Shown here piece by piece: positions 7,477 through 15,605 of a DNA stretch of 15,605 nt. Positions within the stretch are counted from its first letter, which is position 1, and the number at the start of each line of letters is the position of its first letter. The notes under the pieces were generated by a model, which saw only the letters and a program-made list of their open reading frames with translations, was not told the origin of the DNA and made no database searches. Source of the DNA: Myxococcales bacterium (GTDB taxonomy: Bacteria; Myxococcota; Myxococcia; Myxococcales; Anaeromyxobacteraceae); NCBI GenBank assembly GCA_038320275.1, contig JBBQEB010000087.1, forward strand, positions 1 to 15,605. The letters are read 5' to 3'. A program made the translations under genes and the position numbers.

Positions 7477-8709
7477 ATGACGGTGGACGTGCGCATGGAT
7501 GGCGAGCGGCTTTCGCGGCGCCTGGCCGAGCTCGCCCGGCACGGTGCGTTGCCCGGCGGCGGGGTGTGCCGGCTGGCGCTCACCGACGAGGACAAGGCGG
7601 GGCGCGACCAGGTGGTCCGCTGGATGCGTGAGCTCGGCCTCTCGATCGCGATCGACGGCCTGGGGAACGTGGTGGGCGTCCGGCGCGGGCTCGAGGAGGG
7701 CCCGCCCGTGATGATGGGGAGCCACATCGACACGGTGCGAACCGGGGGGGCCTACGACGGAAACCTGGGCGTGATGGCCGGGCTCGAGGTGATGGCGGCG
7801 CTCGACGACGCGCGCCTCGTCACCCGGCGGCCGCTCGCGGTGGCCTTCTTCACCAACGAGGAGGGGTCGCGCTTCCAGCCCGACATGATGGGCAGCCTCG
7901 TCTACGCGGGCGCCCTTCCCCTCGAGCAGGCCCTCGCCACGACAGGCATCGACGGCTCGACGGTGGGCGAGAACCTGCACCGCATCGGCTACGCCGGCAC
8001 CGGACCGTCGGGCGGGCCGGGCAGCGTGCACGCCTACGTCGAGCTGCACGTGGAGCAGGGCCCGGTGCTGGAGGCGGAGGGATTCGTCATCGGCGCGGTG
8101 ACCGGGGTGCAGGGGATCTCCTGGACCGAGCTCACCCTCACCGGTCAGTCGAACCACGCCGGCACCACCCCCATGCGCCTGCGGCACGACGCCGGCTACG
8201 TCGCCGCGGAGGTGGCCACCTTCGCGCGCCGGCTGGCGAGCGAGCTCTCGGGCCACCAGGTCGCGACGGTGGGCGCGCTCACGCTCCACCCCAACCTCGT
8301 CAACGTGATCGCGAACCGGGTGGTGATGACGGTCGACCTCCGCAACACGGACGAGGCGGTCCTGTGCGAGGCCGAGCGCCGCCTGTTCGCCTTCGTCGAC
8401 GCGGCAGCCGCGGCCGAGGGGGTCGGCATCTCGCGGCGGTCGCTCGCGCGCTTCGAGCCGGTGGTCTTCGCGCCGCAGCTCGTCGATCGGGTCGAGGCGA
8501 TCGCGAAGGAGCTCCGCCTGCCGGTGAAGCGGCTCCCCAGCGGCGCGGGCCACGACGCGCAGATCCTGGCGCGGATCTGTCCGGCCTGCATGATCTTCGT
8601 GCCCAGCGTGCGGGGCGTGAGCCACAACGTCGAGGAGCACACCGCCCCCGCCGACCTCGCCGCGGGAGCGGAGGTGCTGCTCCGCCTCGTGCTCGAGCTG
8701 GCGCGTTGA
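7477..8709 (+). CDS. Zn-dependent M20 hydrolase, N-carbamoyl-L-amino acid amidohydrolase/allantoate amidohydrolase/beta-ureidopropionase family
   Basis: 410 aa. Motifs: GSHIDTV, GGAYDGNLGV, NEEGSRF, YVELHVEQGPVLE, GQSNHAGTTPM, SGAGHDAQ, GVSHNVEE. GGAGAGG RBS upstream. Confidence 0.92.
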   Translation: MTVDVRMDGERLSRRLAELARHGALPGGGVCRLALTDEDKAGRDQVVRWMRELGLSIAIDGLGNVVGVRRGLEEGPPVMMGSHIDTVRTGGAYDGNLGVMAGLEVMAALDDARLVTRRPLAVAFFTNEEGSRFQPDMMGSLVYAGALPLEQALATTGIDGSTVGENLHRIGYAGTGPSGGPGSVHAYVELHVEQGPVLEAEGFVIGAVTGVQGISWTELTLTGQSNHAGTTPMRLRHDAGYVAAEVATFARRLASELSGHQVATVGALTLHPNLVNVIANRVVMTVDLRNTDEAVLCEAERRLFAFVDAAAAAEGVGISRRSLARFEPVVFAPQLVDRVEAIAKELRLPVKRLPSGAGHDAQILARICPACMIFVPSVRGVSHNVEEHTAPADLAAGAEVLLRLVLELAR

Positions 8710-10358
8710 GACGCCAGCTCGTCCGCGACGCGCTCCTCGTCCTGGGCGACGGAACGACGCCTCCCTTCGCCGGCGACGTGCTCCTCGAGGACGACCGGAT
8801 CTCGCGGCTCGGCTCGGTGCCGCCGTCCGAGGCGGCCGCCGCCGACGTGATCGTGGAGGCGCGGGGGCGCGCGCTGGCGCCCGGCTTCCTCGACATGCAC
8901 AACCACGGCGCGCTGGGCGGCACGGCGGCTGGAGAGAGCGGCCTCCCGCTGGCGTGCGAGCTCGCCATCCGGGGCGGCGTGACGAAGCGCATCTGCGGGG
9001 TGGACGGGCTCTCGCCGGCGCCCGTCGTGGAGGCGCAGCGCGCGCAGTTCGCGGCCCAGTTGCAGCCGCTCGACGGCTCCATCGACGCCCCGTGGACGTG
9101 GAGCTCCGTCTCCGAGTTCCTGGCCTGGCACCGCGGGCGCTCGGTGACCGACATGGGCCTGTACCTGGGCCACTGTGCCGTGCGTCGCGTCGTCATGGGG
9201 AACCTGGCGCGGGTGGCGAGCGACTCCGAGATCGCCGCGATGGCGGAGGTGGTGCGCCGCGAAGCTTCCGCGACGCTCGGCCTCTCCACCGGGCTCATCT
9301 ACAATCCCGCCGTCTATTGCGACCGCCGGGAGCTCACGGCGCTCGTGCGCGCCTTCAACGACGTGAAGCCCGGGGCCCTCTTTCCGCACCTCCGCTCGGA
9401 GAGTGAGGGGGTGGTCCGGAGCTTGAGGGAGGCGGTCGAGGCCGCCATCGACGGGGGCGGCGGCTACTGCAACGAGCACTCCAAGATCGCCGGCGCGGAC
9501 AACTATCACCGCATCGGCGAGGTCGAGGACGTCCTCCGCGACGCGGCCTCGCTCGTCCCCACCCTCGAGAACATGTATCCGTACGCCGCGGGCTCCACTA
9601 CGGGCGACGCGATCTTCCCGCCCGAGGTCCGTGCCGGAACCCGCGGCGAGTTCCTGGCGCGCCTGCGCGACCCTACCGTCCGCAAGGCGATGGCCGACAC
9701 GATCCGGCACGACACGGGCACCTGGGACAACTTCGTCCACTTCTGCGGGGGGCTCGACGGCATCGGGATCGCGGGCGTGAGAGCGGGCACCGGAGACGAA
9801 TTTCTCGGAAAGCGCCTGTCCGACGTGGCGCGGGCGGCGGGCGCGCCCGACCTCTCGTCCGAGGCCGCCTACGGCGCCGTGTTCGACTTCTTCGTCGCCA
9901 ACGAGGGCGAGATCACCATCCTCACCCACTACGGGAACGAGGCGACGGTCGAGCGCTTCTTCCTCCGCCCGAGCATGGCGCTTTGCACCGACGGCCTCAT
10001 GCCGGGCCCGGGGCAGAAGCCTCATCCGCGCGCGGTGGGGGCGTTCCCCAGGGCGCTGCGCATGGGCCGCGAGCTCGGGATCCCGCTCGAGCAACTCGCG
10101 TGGAGGCTCGCGGCCCTTCCCTGCCGCTTCCTCAACCTGCCCGATCCCACGCTTCGCGAGGGCGCGGACGCCTCGCTCGTCCTCTTCGATGCGCAGGCGG
10201 TCGCCGAGCGCAACGACTTTCTCGACCCGTTCGTGCCGCCGTTGGGCATCGACATGGTCTGGATCCACGGACATCGCGTGCTCGACCACGGGCGGCTGAC
10301 GGCACCGAGCCCGTTCCCGGGGCGGCTCCTCGTGAGCCCGCTCGAACCGAAGGCCTGA
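8706..10358 (+). CDS. N-acyl-D-amino-acid deacylase-like amidohydrolase
   Basis: 550 aa from a TTG that overlaps the upstream TGA (TTGA 8706-8709). Motifs: DVLLEDDRI, LAPGFLDMHNH, YLGHCAVRRVVMG, GLSTGLIY, PHLRSE, EHSK, MYPYAAGSTT, CTDG, PHPRAVGAFPR, GADASLVLFD. Confidence 0.85.
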   Translation: MRRQLVRDALLVLGDGTTPPFAGDVLLEDDRISRLGSVPPSEAAAADVIVEARGRALAPGFLDMHNHGALGGTAAGESGLPLACELAIRGGVTKRICGVDGLSPAPVVEAQRAQFAAQLQPLDGSIDAPWTWSSVSEFLAWHRGRSVTDMGLYLGHCAVRRVVMGNLARVASDSEIAAMAEVVRREASATLGLSTGLIYNPAVYCDRRELTALVRAFNDVKPGALFPHLRSESEGVVRSLREAVEAAIDGGGGYCNEHSKIAGADNYHRIGEVEDVLRDAASLVPTLENMYPYAAGSTTGDAIFPPEVRAGTRGEFLARLRDPTVRKAMADTIRHDTGTWDNFVHFCGGLDGIGIAGVRAGTGDEFLGKRLSDVARAAGAPDLSSEAAYGAVFDFFVANEGEITILTHYGNEATVERFFLRPSMALCTDGLMPGPGQKPHPRAVGAFPRALRMGRELGIPLEQLAWRLAALPCRFLNLPDPTLREGADASLVLFDAQAVAERNDFLDPFVPPLGIDMVWIHGHRVLDHGRLTAPSPFPGRLLVSPLEPKA

Positions 10359-10377
10359 CGACATCGCGCGTGGGCGC

Positions 10378-11598
10378 TTGATCCAGACCACCGCTCGCAC
10401 CGATACTGAGGCCTTGAAACCCTCGCTCGTCGTCGGGCCCGATCGGCTCGGGCGCTCCGTCTCGATCGTCAACGGCGTGGTCGCCACCACGGCGCCGGAA
10501 GGCGCCCACCACCTGGCATGCCCCGCGGGCGAGATCGCCCCGGGCGCCGTCTGCGCCCACACGCACCTCTACAGCGGCCTCGCGCGGTACGGGATGCCCG
10601 CGCCGTCTCCGGCGCCCGAGAACTTCCTCCAGATCCTCGAGCGGGTCTGGTGGCGGCTCGACCGCGCGCTCGACGCGGACGGCTTGCGCGCCTCGGCCCT
10701 CGACTACGTCGCCCGGGCGCTGCTGGCCGGCACCACGGCGCTCGTCGATCACCACGAGTCGCCGGACCTCGTCGAGGGGTCTCTCGAGCTCTTGCAGGAG
10801 GCCTGTGAGCGCCTCGGCATGCGGGCTCTCCTCTGCTACGGCGCGACCGAGCGCAACTCCGGCCGGGCCGAGGCGCGGCGCGGCCTCGAGGAGAACCGGC
10901 GCGTCGCCGGCTCCGCCCTGGTGCGCGGGATGGTGGGGCTTCACGCGAGCTTCACCGTCTCCGACGACACGATCCACGAGGCCGGGGAGATCGCGCGCGA
11001 GCTCTCCGCGGTGGTGCACGTCCACGTGGCGGAGGACCTCGCCGACGTCACCGACGCCCGGTCGCGCGGCTTCGACGGCCCCTTGCAGCGGCTGCTCGCG
11101 CTGGGCGCCCTCCCCCAGGGCTCCATCCTCGCGCACGGCGTCCACCTGAGCGCAGCCGAGGTCGAGCTGGCGAGCTCCGGCGGGCTCTGGCTGGTGCAGA
11201 ACCCCCGCTCCAACGAGGGCAACCGGGTGGGCTACCCCGGAAATCTCCGCCACGGCCAGCGCGTCGCGCTCGGCACGGACGGGTGGGACGCGGACATGGC
11301 CGTGGAGGACGCCGCGCTCGAGCGCCTCGCCACCGCGCACGGCGACCGGGACTTCGCGGGGCGCCTCGCGGCGGGCTCCCGCCTGATGGCCGAGCGCTTC
11401 GGCGCGGCGCCCGAGCCGCTCGTGCCCGGCGCACTGGGCGACCTCGTCGTCCGGGAGGATGGCCGCCTCGTCCACACCGTGGTGGGCGGCCGCGTGGTCG
11501 TGGAGAACGGAAGGCTGGTGGCGGGGGACATGGCCTCCATCGCGGCCACGGCCGAGCGCGAGGCCGCCCGGCTCTGGGAACGGATGGCTCGCATTTGA
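10378..11598 (+). CDS. ssnA: SsnA-like metal-dependent amidohydrolase (start uncertain)
   Basis: About 406 aa. Motifs: PGAVCAHTHLYSGLAR, NFLQILERVWWRLDRALD (SsnA signature), GTTALVDHHES, GLHASFTVSD, HVHVAE, AHGVHL, NPRSN, LGTDG. Confidence 0.82.
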   Translation: MIQTTARTDTEALKPSLVVGPDRLGRSVSIVNGVVATTAPEGAHHLACPAGEIAPGAVCAHTHLYSGLARYGMPAPSPAPENFLQILERVWWRLDRALDADGLRASALDYVARALLAGTTALVDHHESPDLVEGSLELLQEACERLGMRALLCYGATERNSGRAEARRGLEENRRVAGSALVRGMVGLHASFTVSDDTIHEAGEIARELSAVVHVHVAEDLADVTDARSRGFDGPLQRLLALGALPQGSILAHGVHLSAAEVELASSGGLWLVQNPRSNEGNRVGYPGNLRHGQRVALGTDGWDADMAVEDAALERLATAHGDRDFAGRLAAGSRLMAERFGAAPEPLVPGALGDLVVREDGRLVHTVVGGRVVVENGRLVAGDMASIAATAEREAARLWERMARI

Positions 11599-11627
11599 CG
11601 GGCGTCGGGCGCGGCAGCGGTGGCGGC

Positions 11628-12923
11628 ATGACCATCCTCTTCTCCTGCCACGGCTGCGGGGCGACGGTGGACGCGGCGCTCGCGCTGCCGTTCCGGTGCC
11701 CGATGGCGACCGGCGCCGAGGCCGACGACATCGACCACCTGCTGCAGCCTGTCGAGCCTTCCGGGAGCGGCGAGCCCTTTCCGTCGGGCGCCGAGCTCGA
11801 CCCATTCATGAGGTACCGCTCGCTGCTCTCGCCCTACCGGCTGGCGCGCGCGGCCGGCCTGCCCGACGCGGCCTGGGCGGATCTGGTCGGTCAGCTCGAC
11901 GACGCGCTCGTCCGCGCCGACGGGCGGGGCTTTCGGAGGACTCCGCTCGCCCAGCACCCGGCGCTGGCGAGCGCCGCCGGGCTCGCGGGCCCGCTGTGGG
12001 TGAAGGACGAGACGGTCAACGTCGCGGGTTCGCACAAGGCGCGGCACCTCATGGCGGTGCTGCTCTACCTGCGCGTCCTGGAGACAGCCCGGCTGCCGGC
12101 CGGCGAGGGCCTGCGGGACCGGCGGCTCGCCATCGCATCCTGCGGGAACGCGGCCATGGCGGCGGCGGTGCTGGCGCGCGCCGCGGAGTGGCCGCTCGAC
12201 GTCTACATCCCACCCGACGCGAGCCCGGCCGTGGTGCGTCGCCTGCGCGAGCTGGGCTCGACCATCCGGGTCTGCGAGCGGCGGGCGGGTGAGGCCGGCG
12301 ACCCCTGCTTCCTGCGGTTCCGAGAGGCGGTTCGCGCCGGAGCGATCCCGTTCGGCGTCCAGGGAACGGAGAACGGGCTCGCGATCGAGGGGGGCCGGAC
12401 GCTGGCCTTCGAGCTGGTGGACGGGCTCCGCGACGAGCGCGCCGCGTTTCCGGAGATCTTCGTGCAGGTGGGCGGCGGCGCGCTGGCGAGCGCGCTGGGG
12501 CAGGGCTTCGCCGCCGCGGAACGAGGGGGGGCGCTAACCTCGGCGCCGAAGCTCGTCGCGGTCCAGACGGAGGGCTGCGCTCCACTCGCCCGCGCCTGGG
12601 AGCGGCTCGGCTCGACGCCGCTTCCGGAGGCGGCGCGAACCCGATCCCGGTTCATGTGGCCCTGGGAGACCACGCCGCGCAGCATCGCCCATGGCATCCT
12701 CGACGACGAGACGTATGACTGGTGGGCGATCTCGGAGGCCATGCGCGCGGGAGGGGGCCGCCCGGTGGTGGTAGGCGAGGCCGGCCTCGCCCGAGCGAAC
12801 GAGCTCGCCCACGCCCACACCGCCATCTGCGTCTCGGCCACCGGCTCGGCCGGCCTGGCCGGCCTGCTCGCGTCCCCGGCCGCGGGCTCCTCCCTGGTGA
12901 TCTTCTCCGGCACGGAGCGCTGA
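11628..12923 (+). CDS. Threonine-synthase-like PLP-dependent enzyme with N-terminal Cys-rich knuckle; substrate unknown
   Basis: 431 aa from ATG 11628; an in-frame TTG at 11595 overlaps the ssnA stop and is an alternative start. Motifs: CHGCG...FRCP, LWVKDETVNVAGSHKARH (PLP lysine), IASCGNAA, EGGRTLAFE, VQVGGGALAS, VAVQTEGCAPL, SATGSAGLAG, IFSG. Confidence 0.85.
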   Translation: MTILFSCHGCGATVDAALALPFRCPMATGAEADDIDHLLQPVEPSGSGEPFPSGAELDPFMRYRSLLSPYRLARAAGLPDAAWADLVGQLDDALVRADGRGFRRTPLAQHPALASAAGLAGPLWVKDETVNVAGSHKARHLMAVLLYLRVLETARLPAGEGLRDRRLAIASCGNAAMAAAVLARAAEWPLDVYIPPDASPAVVRRLRELGSTIRVCERRAGEAGDPCFLRFREAVRAGAIPFGVQGTENGLAIEGGRTLAFELVDGLRDERAAFPEIFVQVGGGALASALGQGFAAAERGGALTSAPKLVAVQTEGCAPLARAWERLGSTPLPEAARTRSRFMWPWETTPRSIAHGILDDETYDWWAISEAMRAGGGRPVVVGEAGLARANELAHAHTAICVSATGSAGLAGLLASPAAGSSLVIFSGTER

Positions 12924-12929
12924 CCTCTC

Positions 12930-14402
12930 ATGAGCGACCGCATCCGCTTCGTCCTCGACGGCGCCGTGAAGGAGCTGTCCGGGATCGACCCAACACTCAC
13001 GGTGCTTCGCTACCTGCGCGAGGTCGAGCGCCGCTCCGGCACGAAGGAGGGTTGTGCCGAGGGGGACTGCGGCGCCTGCACGGTGGTGCTGGGCGAGCTC
13101 CACCGGGGCGAGCTGCGCTACCGCGCGGTGAACGCCTGCATCCTGTTCGTGCCCGCGCTCGACGGGAAGGCGCTCCTCACCGTGGAGAGCGTGCGCGGCC
13201 CGGGCGGCGAGCTCCACCCCGTCCAGCGCGCGATGGTCGATTGCCACGCCTCGCAGTGCGGTTTCTGCACGCCAGGCTTCGTCATGTCGCTCGTCGCGCT
13301 CTACGAGAGCGAGCCCGAGCCCTCGCGCCAGCGGCTCGACGACGTCCTCGCGGGGAACCTCTGCCGGTGTACCGGCTACCGCCCCATCGTCGACGCCGGC
13401 CGGCAGGCGTACCAGGCCGGCGAACCGAGCGCGCTCGCTTCCCAGCGCGCGGCGCTCACCGCCCTGCTCACCTCCATCCAGCCCCAGGACACGCTCTCCC
13501 TGGAGCACGACGGCCGCCGCTTCTTCGCCCCGCGCTCGCTCGCGGCGCTGGGCCCGCTCCTCGCGGAGCACCCTGGCGCGCACCTCCTCGCCGGGGGCAC
13601 CGACGTCGGGCTGTGGGTGACGAAGGCCCACCGGAACCTCGACACCGTGATCTCGCTCTCCGCGGTGGAGGAACTGGGCGCGATCGCGCGAACCCGGTCG
13701 CATCTGGAGATTGGCGCCGCCGTGACCTACGCCGACGCGCACGCGGCCCTGGCCGAGCTCCACCCCGACCTGGGCGAGCTGGTGCGGCGCATCGGGTCGC
13801 TCCAGGTCCGGAACGCCGGTACGCTCGGCGGCAACATCGCAAATGCCTCCCCCATCGGCGACACGCTCCCCGCGCTGCTCGCGCTCGACGCGTCGCTCGT
13901 GCTCCAGGGGGGCTCCGGACGACGCGAGGTCGCGCTGGACGGCTTCTTCACAGGTTACCGGGCGACGCTGCTCCGCGCCGGCGAGGTCATCGTGTCCATC
14001 CGCGTCCCGCTCCTCCCGCCCGGCCGCCTGTTCCGCGCCTACAAGATCTCGAAGCGGTTCGACCAGGACATCTCGGCGGTGTGCGGCGCCTTCGCGCTGA
14101 ACCTCGATGGAGGGCGCGTGCGCGACGTCCGGCTCTGCTACGGCGGGGTCGCCTCCACGCCCTTCCGCGCGCGGGCCACCGAGCGCGCGCTCACCGGGCG
14201 CGCCTGGGACGAGGCGGCGCTGGCGGCGGCTCTGCCGGTGCTCGACGGAGAGCTCGCGCCCATCTCCGACGCCCGCGCGAGCGCCCGCTACCGGCGGCTC
14301 GTCGCCGGAAACCTCCTCCGCAAGCTCCAGCTCGAGACAGCCGCCCAGGGCGCGCTCCCTCCGGCCGCGACGCGCGTGCTCGAGCGCGGGAGGGGAGCGT
14401 GA
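12930..14402 (+). CDS. xdhA: Xanthine dehydrogenase small subunit (2x[2Fe-2S] + FAD)
   Basis: 490 aa. Motifs: GTKEGCAEGDCGACTVV, VNACI, HASQCGFCTPGFVMSL, LAGNLCRCTGYRPI, LAGGTDVGLWVTK, QVRNAGTLGGNIANASPIGD, AYKISKRFDQDISAV. Confidence 0.96.
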   Translation: MSDRIRFVLDGAVKELSGIDPTLTVLRYLREVERRSGTKEGCAEGDCGACTVVLGELHRGELRYRAVNACILFVPALDGKALLTVESVRGPGGELHPVQRAMVDCHASQCGFCTPGFVMSLVALYESEPEPSRQRLDDVLAGNLCRCTGYRPIVDAGRQAYQAGEPSALASQRAALTALLTSIQPQDTLSLEHDGRRFFAPRSLAALGPLLAEHPGAHLLAGGTDVGLWVTKAHRNLDTVISLSAVEELGAIARTRSHLEIGAAVTYADAHAALAELHPDLGELVRRIGSLQVRNAGTLGGNIANASPIGDTLPALLALDASLVLQGGSGRREVALDGFFTGYRATLLRAGEVIVSIRVPLLPPGRLFRAYKISKRFDQDISAVCGAFALNLDGGRVRDVRLCYGGVASTPFRARATERALTGRAWDEAALAAALPVLDGELAPISDARASARYRRLVAGNLLRKLQLETAAQGALPPAATRVLERGRGA

Positions 14403-15605
14403 GGCGCGCCCGGGATGACGACGCGGCGGACGCAGGGAGGCAGCCCCTCGCGCCCGCGCCCGCGGCTGGCGCCGTGCATGCGCCGCTCCCGCACGACAGC
14501 GCCGAGCGCCACGTCACCGGCGAGGCGCTCTACATCGACGATCTCGCCGAGCCGCGCGACCTCCTGCATGCCTTCGTGCGGCTGGGCGAGCGGGCCCACG
14601 CGCGCGTCACGCGGCTGGAGCTGAGCGCGGTCCGAAGCGCTCCGGGCGTCCTGGCCGTCATGTCCGCGGCCGACGTGCCGGGGGACAACGACATCGGCCC
14701 GGTGCTTCCGGGTGACAAGGTCTTCGCGGAGGGGCTGGTGGAGTGCGCGGGCCAGCCGCTCTTCGCCGTGGTGGCGGACACCATCGACCTCGCCCGGGCG
14801 GCGGCTGCTCGCGCCGAGGTGGCGTACGAGGACCTCCCGGCCATCCTCACCGTCGAGGAGGCCCTGGCGGAGGAGTCGTTCGTCCTGCCCACGCAGGTCC
14901 TGCGGCGGGGCGACTCCGCGGAGGCGCTGACGCACGCTCCGCACCGGCTTACGGGCCGGCTCGCCATCGGTGGCCAGGAGCACTTCTACCTGGAGGGCCA
15001 GGTGGCGATGGCGGTTCCGGGCGAGGGCGGAACGCTCCTCGTCCACAGCTCCACCCAGCACCCGAGCGAGGTCCAGCACCTGGTGGCGAAGGTGCTGGGT
15101 CTCACGCACGGGGACGTCACGGTGGAGGTCCGGCGCATGGGCGGCGCCTTCGGGGGCAAGGAGACGCAGGCGGCGCCGGTGGCCTGCGTGGCGGCGCTGC
15201 TCGCCTGGCGCACCGGACGGCCGGTGAAGCTGCGGCTCGACCGCGACGACGACATGACCACGACGGGCAAGCGGCACGACTTCGTGGCGGAGTACGACGT
15301 GGGGTTCGATAGCGAGGGGCGCATCCGCGGGCTCGACCTCGTGCTCTCCTCGCGCTGCGGCTTCACGGCCGACCTCTCCGGCGCGGTCAACGACCGGGCC
15401 ATGTTGCACGCCGACAACTGCTATTTCCTCGAGGACGTCACCGTCACCTCGCACCGGTGCAGGACGAACACCGTTTCGAACACCGCCTTCCGCGGCTTCG
15501 GCGGCCCCCAGGGGATGATGGCCATCGAGCAGGTGGTGGACGCCGTCGCCCGCGAGCTGGCGCTCGATCCGCTGGAGGTTCGCAAGCGGAACTTCTACGG
15601 CGCGG
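14399..15605 (+). CDS. xdhB: Xanthine dehydrogenase molybdopterin-binding subunit (partial, runs off window; absent from the ORF track)
   Basis: GTG at 14399 overlaps the xdhA TGA (GTGA) and follows a GGGAGGGGA RBS. Translation gives HDSAERHVTGEALYIDD, GGQEHFYLEGQ, SSTQHPSEVQHLVA, VRRMGGAFGGKETQ, TGKRH, VNDRAMLHADN, SNTAFRGFGGPQGM. Confidence 0.95.
   Translation, partial: MRRARDDDAADAGRQPLAPAPAAGAVHAPLPHDSAERHVTGEALYIDDLAEPRDLLHAFVRLGERAHARVTRLELSAVRSAPGVLAVMSAADVPGDNDIGPVLPGDKVFAEGLVECAGQPLFAVVADTIDLARAAAARAEVAYEDLPAILTVEEALAEESFVLPTQVLRRGDSAEALTHAPHRLTGRLAIGGQEHFYLEGQVAMAVPGEGGTLLVHSSTQHPSEVQHLVAKVLGLTHGDVTVEVRRMGGAFGGKETQAAPVACVAALLAWRTGRPVKLRLDRDDDMTTTGKRHDFVAEYDVGFDSEGRIRGLDLVLSSRCGFTADLSGAVNDRAMLHADNCYFLEDVTVTSHRCRTNTVSNTAFRGFGGPQGMMAIEQVVDAVARELALDPLEVRKRNFYGA

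Noticed and set aside
7284..7733. 150-aa N-terminal extension of the YgfK ORF
   Set aside because: It overlaps the divergent M20 gene. YgfK similarity begins at MAELIPIPF (7283).
8364..8705. N-terminal extension of the D-aminoacylase-like ORF (likewise 11283-11594 for the threonine-synthase-like ORF)
   Set aside because: These are out-of-frame overlaps with well-supported upstream genes, low in complexity, and family similarity starts later.

Overview
High-GC bacterial DNA, probably from a Gram-negative organism because it encodes an outer-membrane channel; a Myxococcota/deltaproteobacterial origin is only a guess. The window is almost entirely one purine/ureide catabolic cluster in three blocks. 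Block 1 (+): the 3' end of a ygeW-like carbamoyltransferase, an uncharacterised cysteine-synthase-like PLP enzyme, carbamate kinase and L-serine dehydratase. Block 2 (-): a shortened YgfK-like flavo-Fe-S protein and a Tsx/OmpK-like porin with its own candidate promoter and operator. Block 3 (+): an M20 N-carbamoylase-type hydrolase, a D-aminoacylase-like amidohydrolase, an SsnA-like amidohydrolase, a threonine-synthase-like PLP enzyme, xdhA and a partial xdhB. The ygeW/arcC/ygfK/ssnA/xdh set matches the anaerobic reductive uric acid (2,8-dioxopurine) pathway known from enterobacteria and clostridia. This copy looks re-wired: YgfK lacks its NAD(P)H/FAD module, and within the window other enzyme families appear instead of YgeX, HyuA and YgeY. 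A dense two-unit array of mostly triloop hairpins fills the gap between the convergent sdaA and porin genes. All homology calls come from motif recognition by eye, not from database searches.
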